A stretch of 64,000 nucleotides of DNA from Pelagomonas calceolata (lineage: Eukaryota): NCBI GenBank assembly GCA_918797485.1, contig CAKKNE010000002.1, forward strand, positions 682,001-746,000, in the 5' to 3' direction. The position numbers and the translations under genes were made by a program. The notes under the pieces are model-generated. The model did no database searches and was not told the origin of the DNA. It saw nothing but the letters and a program-made list of their open reading frames with translations. Each line of letters opens with the position of its first letter. Positions within the stretch are counted from its first letter, which is position 1. Positions 1 to 9,494 of the stretch are shown piece by piece.

Positions 1-731
1 GCGAGGCGGAGCGCGAGCGCCTGGCCCAGCGCGTCGCGGCACTGGAAGCCGAAAAAAAGCATCCGAAGCCGCGGGGCCGCATGCCACTCGGCGCGACGGG
101 CTGGGACCACGCGACGGGCACCTGGCAGTACCCCCCCGGCGTGCTGCCCCAGTCGCCCCGGAAGAGAGCAAGGAGGGCGTCGGTCAAGGCCCGGAGGAAG
201 TGGGAGGGCGAGTCGTCGGACGAGGACCCGCCGCCGGCCGTCGCGGCCGGCGCGGTTTTTATAGATGACGGCCAGTGCTGGCTCGTGTACAAGCGGGAGG
301 ACGACGTCGTGTATTATTATCCAGCCAAGCACCCCAAGCCGACGGAGGAGACCTACCTCGCGGCCTGCGAGCACTCGGGCGCCGACGAGGTCGCGGCCTG
401 GATCGCGGCGACGCACGAGCGGGCCGACGCGTGCGCGCGCGCGCATCGCCGCAAGCGCGACGACGAGCGTAGGCGCCGCGAGAACGCGGCGCTGGCCGCG
501 CTCCCGCCGCCGAAGCTCCCGCCGCCGCCGAAGCGCGTCCCGCCGCTCCCCGCGGAGCAGCTCCTCGGCCGCGCCGTCCGCGTTGTAATTGCGGACGCGC
601 CGTCCGACGCGCGCGGCACCGTCGACGCAATCGCCCACGGCGTCTGCCGCATCGCGTGGAAGGACGGTACGCGCTCCGAGGTGCTCTTGGCCGACGCGAC
701 GGCGATGCTCGTGCCCGTCGTCGCCGTGTGA
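1..731 (+). CDS. Hypothetical protein, 5'-partial
   Basis: The frame of ORF 81..731 is open back to base 3 (EAERERLAQRVAALEAEKKHPKPRGRM...). Codon usage is GC3-rich. No recognised family. Confidence 0.6.
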   Translation, partial: EAERERLAQRVAALEAEKKHPKPRGRMPLGATGWDHATGTWQYPPGVLPQSPRKRARRASVKARRKWEGESSDEDPPPAVAAGAVFIDDGQCWLVYKREDDVVYYYPAKHPKPTEETYLAACEHSGADEVAAWIAATHERADACARAHRRKRDDERRRRENAALAALPPPKLPPPPKRVPPLPAEQLLGRAVRVVIADAPSDARGTVDAIAHGVCRIAWKDGTRSEVLLADATAMLVPVVAV

Positions 732-848
732 GGAAGCTCTTGTGCTCCGTCCGCAAATTCAAGTCTCGCCCCCTGTGTAATCCATCCGTGTTCTCTCTCG
801 AACTTCGCGTCGACGGCGTGTTGAGGGATAAGGTTACTTAAACGGACC

Positions 849-2219
849 TCACGCGAACGTCGCGAGCGTGCCGAGCACGGCCGACACGGCCGACAGCCCC
901 AGCATGCCGTAGGGCGCCAGCTTCTTCTCCCAGGCCGCCTTCTGCACCTTGTCGCCCTTGAGCAGCATGACCGCGGGCAGCGCGTAAATCACGGCCGAGC
1001 CCATGAGAGCGCCCGTGAGAGAGACCACGACCCCCACGTCGTCCAAGAGCAGCGCGATGGCCGTGATGAGCCCAAGCGGTGCCGCAACGACCGCTTTCTC
1101 GGAGAGCTTGGGCAGCACGCCGCGGACCCCTACTTTCACAGCAGCATATGCCAGGGGAAACGTGAAGACCGTCGACACGCCGAACAGAAGCCGCGCGACG
1201 GATGCCAGCGAGTCCTTGACGGCGTAGTTGTTCAGCACCAAGCCTTGCGACGACGCGCCGAACGTCAGGTAGCCGGCGACCATGACCGCCACATTTAATA
1301 AGACCGAGAGCGCGAAGCCCCGCCTCACGATGGTGGCGTACTTCTTCTCGTCCTTGCCCGCGTCGACGAAGAAGTTCGGCGCGTTGAAGTGCGCCATGTA
1401 GGCCGTGCCGCACATGGCGACGAAGACGCCGAGGCCCAACCCGGGCTTCACGAGCGTGCTCCCGAACTTCGGGGCGAGGTCCCTACTCAAACTCTTGACG
1501 AAGGTCGCGCCGGCCTTGTACGTGCCGTCCAGGGCCCGCTTCGCCATGAAGCCCGCCGTGTACACCACCCCAGCCGTGCCGAGCGCCGACGTGGGGGCGA
1601 GCGCCGCGAGGGACTTGAGCGAGCAGAGCGGCCAGAGGGCGCCGAGCGTCAGCGCCGCGATACTTCCGCGCCGCGCGCCGCCGCACGCGTTGAGGGCGGA
1701 GCAGACGCGGGGCCCCGGGTTCGCCGCCGCGATGAGGGACGCGGCGGCGTCGCCCATGATGATGCTGTACGCGAGGCAGGCGAGGAAGGGCGTCAGCGTG
1801 CAGCAGAGCGTCACGACCCAGGCGCTCTTCTCCCCGACGCTCCGGGCCCAGGCGTCCTTGTACGTCTCCGCGTCGTAGGCGCCGCAGACGCGGCCGAGCA
1901 CGCCGAAGGAGTACGCCGACGCGGCGCCGAGCGCGGTTATCAGCGCCGTCGCGGGCCAGAGCGCGGGCCCGGCGTCGGAGAACGCCGCGACGCCCGCCGG
2001 CAGCGCGAGCACGCCCGCGCCGACGATCGACTTCACGAGGTTGACCGTCGACGCCGCGACGCTGGCGCCCTCGTCTTCTTTTGGCGCCTCCGCGGGTGGT
2101 GCGGCAGCCTCAGCCTCAGCGAGCAGCGTGGTCTTGAACTTCTGCCGCGGCGTGATGAGGCGGGGCGGCAGCCGCAGGGCTTGCACTGAGGCAATGAATG
2201 CGAGGGCGACGAGGCGCAT
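849..2219 (-). CDS. Amino-acid transporter (Aa_trans/SLC38-AVT-like), probably plastid-targeted
   Basis: Contains STVNLVKSIVGAGVLALP, AYMAHFNAP and GYLTFG...LNNY, with about 11 hydrophobic segments. N-terminus MRLVALAFIASVQA-LRLPP looks like a signal+transit peptide. Confidence 0.9.
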   Translation of the reverse strand: MRLVALAFIASVQALRLPPRLITPRQKFKTTLLAEAEAAAPPAEAPKEDEGASVAASTVNLVKSIVGAGVLALPAGVAAFSDAGPALWPATALITALGAASAYSFGVLGRVCGAYDAETYKDAWARSVGEKSAWVVTLCCTLTPFLACLAYSIIMGDAAASLIAAANPGPRVCSALNACGGARRGSIAALTLGALWPLCSLKSLAALAPTSALGTAGVVYTAGFMAKRALDGTYKAGATFVKSLSRDLAPKFGSTLVKPGLGLGVFVAMCGTAYMAHFNAPNFFVDAGKDEKKYATIVRRGFALSVLLNVAVMVAGYLTFGASSQGLVLNNYAVKDSLASVARLLFGVSTVFTFPLAYAAVKVGVRGVLPKLSEKAVVAAPLGLITAIALLLDDVGVVVSLTGALMGSAVIYALPAVMLLKGDKVQKAAWEKKLAPYGMLGLSAVSAVLGTLATFA

Positions 2220-2353
2220 GGCTGCGTGTCTTCAACTGTCAACTATAGATTATTGGCTACTATAGATAATGGCTGTGATTTTTTGCAAAACCGTGCAGCG
2301 TGGGCAGCGTGCAGTGCAGGGCGAGTCGTGTGCAAGTGCCAAAACATAATCCA

Positions 2354-2377
2354 GCTAGCGGCCTGCAACACACTAGC
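2354..2377 (-). promoter_or_regulatory. 24-bp CTAG dyad intergenic element
   Basis: GCTAGCGGCCTGCAACACACTAGC, between divergent ATGs 2219/2523. Confidence 0.7.
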
Positions 2378-2522
2378 TTTCCTTTCCAAATTCGGCAGGT
2401 CGTGCGCTCTGTTGCAAGAAGGGCAGCGGAACTGCGGGAATAGAAGCATCTTTGCAAGTGAGCAAAAGCAAGCAAGAATTCGGGGCAGCGGAACTGAGCA
2501 AAACCAAAAGCAAGACTCGACC

Positions 2523-3350
2523 ATGTCAGCACCCGGCGAGTACGGAGGCGTCTCGACATCCGATGAAACCCTGCAGTCGACCTTCTCGTCGACGCGCGCG
2601 CGGCTGCAAGCCCACGCCGCGAAGCTGAAGAAATCCATCCTCGAGGGCACGGTCGAGCTCGCGACGCTCGGCACGATCGGTGCTGTTTTGATGGTCTTCG
2701 TCTCGGCGACGGCCATCCTCGGCAACATCACGAGGATAAAACCGGCGAGCGCCTTGCTCATGGTCTATTGCGTCGCGGGCGGCATCGCTTTACTAGTACT
2801 GGAGTTCTCGGCGTCGCCGCCGTCCTTCCTCCCGGGTTTCGTGCTGCACCGCCTCCGGAAATTGCGCCAGATGCTCCACTTCGAGTGCCACATCCTGACG
2901 GTGGCGACGGGCCGCGCGCTGTGCTACCTGTTTTTTGGGAGTTTGCTCCTCGCCGACGCCGGCAGCGCGCTGGGCACGTGCGTGGGTGGCTACCTCGCGT
3001 TCGTGGGCCTCGCGATGCTCTACGTGTCGCGGAGCGCCGTCGCCAAGCTGCGCGCGCTCATGCCGCGCGCGGCCGAGGCCTCGCTGCGGGACGCGTTTGC
3101 CAGGCACGATTCTGATAGCGACGGGAAGCTGTCGAAAGCCGAGTTCGCGGAGCTCTGCGAGGGCTTAGGGGGGGACCTCACGCCGCGCGAGCGCGAGTGC
3201 GCGCTCTCGCTCTTGGATGTGGACGGCTCGGGGACCATCGAGCTCGACGAGTTCCTCGCGTGGTACACCGGCCGCAACTGGCAGATGGCTTTGCACGCCT
3301 TCGGCGCGGGCGAGCCACAACCCTCGGAGAGCGAGGCTGGGCTCGCCTAG
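2523..3350 (+). CDS. COPI-associated (TVP15-like) membrane domain plus EF-hand pair protein
   Basis: Four TM segments with GRALCYLFFGSL. EF-hand loops DSDSDGKLSKAE and DVDGSGTIELDE. First ATG is at 2523. Confidence 0.75.
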   Translation: MSAPGEYGGVSTSDETLQSTFSSTRARLQAHAAKLKKSILEGTVELATLGTIGAVLMVFVSATAILGNITRIKPASALLMVYCVAGGIALLVLEFSASPPSFLPGFVLHRLRKLRQMLHFECHILTVATGRALCYLFFGSLLLADAGSALGTCVGGYLAFVGLAMLYVSRSAVAKLRALMPRAAEASLRDAFARHDSDSDGKLSKAEFAELCEGLGGDLTPRERECALSLLDVDGSGTIELDEFLAWYTGRNWQMALHAFGAGEPQPSESEAGLA

Positions 3351-3386
3351 GTAGGCCCCTTTTTTGTTTTCTAAAAGTACATATCC

Positions 3387-5172
3387 TTACGAGAACAGCC
3401 CCCAGAGCAGCAGCGCCAGTCCCACAACAGCCGTCGCGCGCGCCGCGCCGTTGCACGGCATGTCGACGCCGACCGCGAAGTCGTGGTCGTTCGCGCAGCA
3501 CGTCGTTCTAACGGTAAAGCCCCCGTAGCGCAGCTCCATCGGGTCGCTGACCCAGCGCGCCTGCGTCGATGAAGGTGAGGGGCACGTCGATGGCGTCGAG
3601 GGGTGTGCAGCGCGTCGCGGCGACGGCGTCGAGGGGCCCGCGTCCACCCCGACGCCGTCGAGGGGACGGCGATGCGTCGAGAAGGCAACCCAGAGACGCC
3701 GGAAAACAAGCCTGGTGGCCCGGCCGGTCGCCGGACCGCCGCTTGATGGCGAGGTCCTCCTTCCGAAAATCAATATGCATGCCCGCCGCGGCGTCCTCCG
3801 TGGGAAAACACATGCTGTGGTTCGCGCAGCCCCAGATCGTGGTACAGCGCCGGTCGAAGCCCGCGTCGGAGCCCGGGGCGTGCTCGGGGTTCCGGAAGAG
3901 CTCGCAGACGTCCGTGCGCGCGCAGTACCAGGGCCCGGCGCACTCCTCGGGCGTCGGCGGCGCGCGCGTGCCGCCCGACGCCTTCGCGACGGCGGCGCCG
4001 TCGAGCATGCACTGGCGGTCGCAGAGCACGCGCGCGGGGAGGTACATCTCGTTGCCGTGGAGGCACTGCGCCGAGCTCTGCATGGGGTTCGACGTGTAGG
4101 CGATGTGCATCTCATCCTTGGCGAGGATGTCGAGCACGCCCGACCGCCAGCCCCGCGACGCGTGCAGCTCCCACGTGGGCTTGTCCGTCGGTTGCAGGGT
4201 GGGCTTGAGCGTGATGGTCGGCGCGGCCGACGGCGTTGCGGTGGTGGGCGCGGCCGTGGTCGGCGCGGGCGAGGTCGTCGGCGCGGCCGACGGCGCGGCC
4301 GACGGCGCGGCCGTGGAGGGCGCGGCCGTGGTCGGCGCGCACGTGCCGCCGTCGTCGTAGGGCCCCGAGGTGCACGCTCCCGTGAAATCGCAGGTGAGGC
4401 CAAAATCTTCCGAGACCGGGGTCACATATTCGCACTCCTGCCACGCATGATATTCCGCGTTGCAGGCCGAGGCGGGCCCCGTCGGCTGACTGGAGCTGCA
4501 CACTTCGTAGACAAGGGCCGTTGCTTCGTCGCAATTCGACGGCTCGCAGCCGTAGAAGTAGCTGTAGTCTCCCTCGCCGGGGCCGCACTCCTGCGGCAGC
4601 GATGCGACCGCCGAGTCGCGCGTGATGAGGTAGCTTCCGTCGTCGCCGACCTCCTCCATGCACTCGCACTCGTTCTGGCAGAAGCAGTCGCCGCCGTCTT
4701 CCCAGTCGACGGCCACCAAGCCATCGCCGTATGCGTCCTCACACATCGTCCAGCAGTCGCCCGGCGACGCCGCGCAGCCCACGAGGTCGTCCAGGGCGCT
4801 GTAGCACCACCCCTTCCCGGCGCCGTGGTTCGTTGTGCCGCTTGGAGAGGAATTGAGGTCGCCGGACGTCTCGATGTCGCATTTCTCGTCGTCGTCGTCG
4901 CCGCCGGAGAAGAAGTCGTCCGTGCCGTCGACCGTGCCGTCGTCGATGAGGCCTTGAATGCAGTCTTGCCAAGCGGAGTACTGGGTGGGGCAGGCCGGGA
5001 CAAAGTCGTCGTCGCCGCCGTCGTCCGCCTGGAGGCGGCGCGTCTTGTGCTTGAGCGTATTCAAAGCAGTTGCCCAGCGGTCCGCGCTCTCGATGCGGTC
5101 CCTGGCGGCGGCGCCGGAAAGGCAGAGGGCGGCGGCCAGGCCCAGGGCCGCCAAGCCGAGGCCCAGCCGCAT
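3387..5172 (-). CDS. Secreted Cys-rich surface protein with PTAAPS mucin-like linker and GPI-like C-terminus; intron 3561-3711 (GC-AG)
   Basis: Signal peptide MRLGLGLAALGLAAALCLSGAAA and Cys-rich modules. Removing 3561-3711 joins ...GHQ|ARWVSDP... to the hydrophobic tail ATAVVGLALLLWGLFS*. Confidence 0.7.
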
Positions 5173-5708
5173 CGGTCACTTGGCTTCAAACCGGTGAGCT
5201 CGTGGTGAGGCCTTGCTGCTGGTAGCGAGGGCAGCCCTTTCGGCCGTGGCGAAGGCTTAGAGGCAGCCTCTCCGCTCGACACGACGCCCTCGATTGATAG
5301 AAATGTCGGGTTTCTCTGGAATCAATCCAGCCCTCCTATATCTACGTGAAGAAGTCCCGGGTACTTTCTAGTGCTGAGGAGACCTTAATTTATTCGGGTT
5401 AAGCTAAACTAAGACCACTAGCCGCTGAAGGGGGGGTCAAAAGCACAGGACCTGGATATCTGCCTAATCTCTGGCTTGTCTCCGTCCGGCACTGGCAGCT
5501 GCCCGAATCGCTTCGCCTGGCTCGGTAGGTCCAATTGCCGTAACGACGTTGCAAAACGTCCTAAATTGGACTAATAAGAGACAAGTGCAGCCAGCCACTG
5601 CACGTGTGCCCGTGACGCACGTGTCGTGCGTCGCGCCCGGGACGCCTCCGCCTTTCTGGTGAACCCGCTGGCGTGGCGGCGGACGGGTGCCACCACAAGC
5701 CCGGCACC

Positions 5709-6941
5709 ATGAGGTGGCTCCCCGCCGCGGCGCTCGCCGCCGCGGCGACGGCGCTGCGGGCGCCGTCCACGCCCAGACGACTGACCCCCCTGCGGCTGTC
5801 GCCGGCCGAGATCATGTACGAGGCGCAGCGCGACGCCATGGCCGCGAGCGCGGAACAGGAGGGCGCGCTCTTCGTGGGCCACACGTCGCCCCTCCGGACC
5901 AAGAAGCTCTCGTACAGTAAGAAGACGAAGCGGAGGGGCAAGAAGGCGAGCGGCTTCAGCGCGCCGGTCGCGGCCGAGTCGCAGGCCGAGAAGGACGCGG
6001 CCGCGCGCTGGCGCAGCCTGAAAAGGGACGGCATACTGAAAATAGAGGGCGCCTGCGCGCCGGCGACCGCGTCGTTGCTGCGCGAGTATGTTGTGGAGGG
6101 CGTCGACAAGGCGCGGCGGGCGGTCCTCGAAGCGAGCGACCCCGCCGACGAGTCGATGAAGCGCTTCCACGCGACGACCGAGCAGCCCTCGCGCTCCTTC
6201 TTCAAGCCCCGGCTCGACGACCCCCAGATCCACGCGGGGCTCGGCGAGCTCTTGGGCGCGGAGTCCAAGCTCGGCGACTTGTTCGCGTTGGCGTGCGGCG
6301 GCGACGACGCGGTCTTCTACGATTACAACGCCCTGCGCACGGAGCCGGGCTGCGCGCGGCAGCCCGTGCTTTGGCGGCGTCCGGTCTTCGACATTACGAT
6401 GGCGTCGCGGCGATGGCGTGCAGATCTGGCCTCCACACCGCCGCCGCCCCCGCACGCCATCGCCGCGATTCGCGACGCGCAGGTCCACTTCGACACGCCC
6501 TTCCAAGAAACCCCACCCCTCTTCACGGCCTTCGTGGCCTTGCAAACGGTCACGGCGGCCATGGGCGCGACGCTCTTCCTCCCGGGCACGCACCTCCAGT
6601 GCCCCTCGCGGTGCGAATTCGACGCGAGCCGCGCGGGCACGGAGCGGCGCGACGCGATGCTGCGCGCGGCCGACGCGCGCTACGCGCTGCTCGAGCCCGG
6701 CGACGTCACGATCTTCGACATGCGCCTGCTGCACTGCGGCACGAAGAACCTCGTCGCAGACGCGGGCGGGAGGACGCGCTACTTCCTCAACTTCACGTTC
6801 TGCAACCCGCGCGCGGACCAGTCGGACCTGGGCCACGTGCCCTGCATCCGCCCGGGCTACGAGCGGCGGATGACGCTCCGCGACGCGCGCGCGGAGCTCC
6901 TGTGCGCGAGCCCCTTCGCGGCGCTCGGGGACGGGCTCTGA
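5709..6941 (+). CDS. PhyH-like Fe(II)/2-oxoglutarate dioxygenase; in-frame intron 6366-6482
   Basis: Splicing gives QPVHFD (HxD), followed by FVALQ, MGATLFLPGTH and GDVTIFDMRLLHCG. Signal-peptide-like N-terminus. Confidence 0.85.
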   Translation: MRWLPAAALAAAATALRAPSTPRRLTPLRLSPAEIMYEAQRDAMAASAEQEGALFVGHTSPLRTKKLSYSKKTKRRGKKASGFSAPVAAESQAEKDAAARWRSLKRDGILKIEGACAPATASLLREYVVEGVDKARRAVLEASDPADESMKRFHATTEQPSRSFFKPRLDDPQIHAGLGELLGAESKLGDLFALACGGDDAVFYDYNALRTEPGCARQPVLWRRPVFDITMASRRWRADLASTPPPPPHAIAAIRDAQVHFDTPFQETPPLFTAFVALQTVTAAMGATLFLPGTHLQCPSRCEFDASRAGTERRDAMLRAADARYALLEPGDVTIFDMRLLHCGTKNLVADAGGRTRYFLNFTFCNPRADQSDLGHVPCIRPGYERRMTLRDARAELLCASPFAALGDGL

Positions 6942-7115
6942 CGTCCATCGATATCGCCGTTATCGCACCGACCGTTACGTCTCGCATATCCTGAGTCGAC
7001 CGTCGCCTACGTCTCGCAACACGATCGTAAACATATCCAAGCTATTTTTTACGGTGCTCGTACTACTGGGAGGAGCCCCTGGGGAGACAATGCGCGTCGC
7101 CGGTTCATTGGCGGG

Positions 7116-7206
7116 CGTTGAGGCTGAGGCTGAGGCTAGTTACGTCGCAGGGTTCCCCGTACCCCTCGTTGAGGCTGAGGCTGAGGCTAGTTACGTTGAG
7201 GCTGAG
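7116..7206 (+). repeat. 30-bp direct repeat x2 plus partial third copy
   Basis: CGTTGAGGCTGAGGCTGAGGCTAGTTACGT at 7116-7145 and 7167-7196. Confidence 0.9.
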
Positions 7207-7208
7207 TT

Positions 7209-7231
7209 GCTAGTGTCTTACGGTCGCTAGC
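7209..7231 (+). promoter_or_regulatory. CTAG dyad intergenic element
   Basis: GCTAGTGTCTTACGGTCGCTAGC, upstream of ATG 7415. Confidence 0.7.
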
Positions 7232-7414
7232 TCGGCTTGCGAGGCGTGCTCGACTGCGAGCGAAGTGAGGGGACCAGGACGCATCGCGTCGTAAGCGTCG
7301 CGTCGTAAGCGGGCGTCGCACACACGCATTCGTGCACGTCGGTCAGCTTAGGCTGAGCAGTGGCATCAATCACACAGGGGGGTTTGACAGTGCAGTGCAG
7401 AGCTGCAAGGCTGC

Positions 7415-8380
7415 ATGGCGGCCCTCGACAACGACTCCGACAGCGAGCTGGAGCTGGAAGAAAAGCAGTTCACGATCGGCGCGCACGCGTTCCAAGTGCA
7501 CGTGGTCGGAGAGCTGCCGCTCGAGACGCTCTTCGCGCTCGAGAGCAAGCGGGACGAGATCTCGGGCCAGCGCGCCTGGCCCGGCTCGCTGCTGCTGGCG
7601 GCCGAAATATCAGCGAGGCCCGCGCTGGTGGCGGACCGGGCCGTCGTCGAGCTCGGCGCCGGCGCGGGCCTCTGCGCGATGGTCGCGGCGCGCTGCGGTG
7701 CGCGCATGACGGCGGCGACCGACGGCGACGACCGCTGCCTCGATCTTTTGACGAGGAACGTCGCGGCCAACGGGCTCGACGGCGTCGTCACCGTTTCAAA
7801 ATGCTTCTGGGGCCGCGACGCGCCGCCCGTCGGCGATTTGGTACTGGCGGGAGACGTGCTCTACAAGCGGGCGCTCGTCGAGCCCTTCCTCGACGCCCTC
7901 GAGGCGGCGCTCGCGCCGGGCGGGCGCGCGCTGCTGTGCCACCTGCCGCGGGCCGGCGTGTCGCATGAGGTGGTCGAGGCGGCGCTGCGCGCGCGCGAGG
8001 CCGCCGGCGGGCCCGCGCTGGCCGCCGTCCGCGCGCCGGCATCTGCCGAGTTCGGTGACGACTGCACCGCCGACGACGCGGCGGCGGCGCGCGTCTACGA
8101 GCTGTGTCTGCCGGCGGCGGACGACGACGCGGACGCGCGGCGAAGTCGTTTCGCGGTCCGCGTGTCGAATCTCGCGAATCGCGTCGATCTCTCCGCGGTC
8201 CAGAACCTGTTCAGGGGCTGTGGCGTTGCTCTCGTTTATCGCTCCGGCCCGCGCGAGGCCGTCGTATGCCTCCACGACGAGAGCGGCGTCGGGCGGGCGC
8301 TGCGGCTCGACGGCTCGGTGGTTCGGGCGACGGCGATTGCTGTGACGCGCATGAACACCGGTGAGGCCGGGGAACCCTAG
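7415..8380 (+). CDS. METTL21/Methyltransf_16-type lysine methyltransferase with C-terminal RRM-like domain
   Basis: Contains SGQRAWPGSLLLA, VVELGAGAGL, ATDGD and DLVLAGDVLY. C-terminal FAVRVSNLANRVD...LFRGCG...LDG resembles an RRM. Confidence 0.8.
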   Translation: MAALDNDSDSELELEEKQFTIGAHAFQVHVVGELPLETLFALESKRDEISGQRAWPGSLLLAAEISARPALVADRAVVELGAGAGLCAMVAARCGARMTAATDGDDRCLDLLTRNVAANGLDGVVTVSKCFWGRDAPPVGDLVLAGDVLYKRALVEPFLDALEAALAPGGRALLCHLPRAGVSHEVVEAALRAREAAGGPALAAVRAPASAEFGDDCTADDAAAARVYELCLPAADDDADARRSRFAVRVSNLANRVDLSAVQNLFRGCGVALVYRSGPREAVVCLHDESGVGRALRLDGSVVRATAIAVTRMNTGEAGEP

Positions 8381-8498
8381 GAAGATCTAATAACGATGAG
8401 TACGTGGTTATTGCGCAGCGGCACCTGCTGCCCAACGGGGGACCAAATGAGGGAGGGGGAGGAGGAGGGGAGGGAGGGAGGGAGGGATGAAGTATCGT

Positions 8499-9082
8499 TC
8501 AGCAGCCTTCGCACTCAAATCGGCACACGCCCTTGCAAGCCCAGGAAGCACGCACTTCCCGGCCCGTGGCGTCGACGCCGATGCGCTCTTGAGTCCGGCA
8601 GCGGTTCTCTATCTTCTCCGGTTCGCCGGCGATATCATCACAGCCGAGCAAACCTTTGTCACCGGCGTCGTACCGCCAGTACGGGTCGTTGCCACAGTAG
8701 TACTTGTCGCATTCGTCGAAATCGTCCGAATCGACGTCGTTCGGCCAACACTTCCTACTTTCGCAGTAGCCCGTCTCGCAGTCCTCCCAGACTCGGCACT
8801 TCCTTTGCATCTCGCATCGCGGGCAGGGCGGCGGCCCGCCACAATCGACGTCCGACTCCTCGCCGTCTTGCACGCCGTTGGAGCACGCGTCGTTCAGCGT
8901 CGGCCGGTACGTCGGTAGGTACGCCGGAGTCGGTTCGCGCGTCGGTGTGCGAGTCGGTTTGTACCCGCAGTCGCCGAAGCCGTCATATTCGACGCCGCAC
9001 GACGTCGAGGAGCAAGGGGTGTTTGTGAACGCTTTCTTCAGGCTCACGTCGTTTCCCACGCACCAGCCGAGGTCCTTGATGC
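8499..9082 (-). CDS. Cys-rich extracellular-type protein, 3' exon (5' structure unresolved)
   Basis: Acceptor CACACAG immediately upstream of 9082. Contains a CSNGVQDGEESDVDCGGPPPCPRC Cys-rich repeat motif and a PT linker. Confidence 0.55.
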
Positions 9083-9494
9083 CTGTGTGTGACTCCGCGT
9101 CCGGTGCGGCGCCGCGCGCGCCACGCTGCGCCGCGCGAGGCGGGCTGGGCGTTACGAGCTCTCGTTTTGGCGAACGCGCGCGCCCACCGGGCGCGCTTCG
9201 CCGTGTGTGCGGCGGTTAAATTGGGCGGGGAGTGGCACTCCTGCGAGTCACAAAAATTTTGTGTCTCTTGAGCACTGAGGGTTGGGGCCAAAGCGGTGGC
9301 GCGGGAAGTGTTGTCGGACGGGACGGGACTCACTTTGGCTTGTGCGCTTTGAAGCGTTTGAACGACGCGATGTGCGAGCTTGCGAGTGTTTGGTGTCCAG
9401 CAACGAAGCAACTCGATGCCGAGTAAACCGGGCAACAGGCCCAAAACGCCGATCCCCAAGCCTAGTGCTGCTGAGCAAACCAATAATAGAAAGG

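Noticed and set aside
7116..7206. 30-bp repeats with a 21-bp spacer resembling a mini CRISPR
   Set aside because: Only two full copies, built from GAGGCT microsatellite units, in a eukaryotic context with no cas genes.
8983..9494. 660-aa ORF extending PP2C to 8983
   Set aside because: The extension comes from reading through intron 9643-9703. The spliced frame ends at 9495 with the canonical DN motif.
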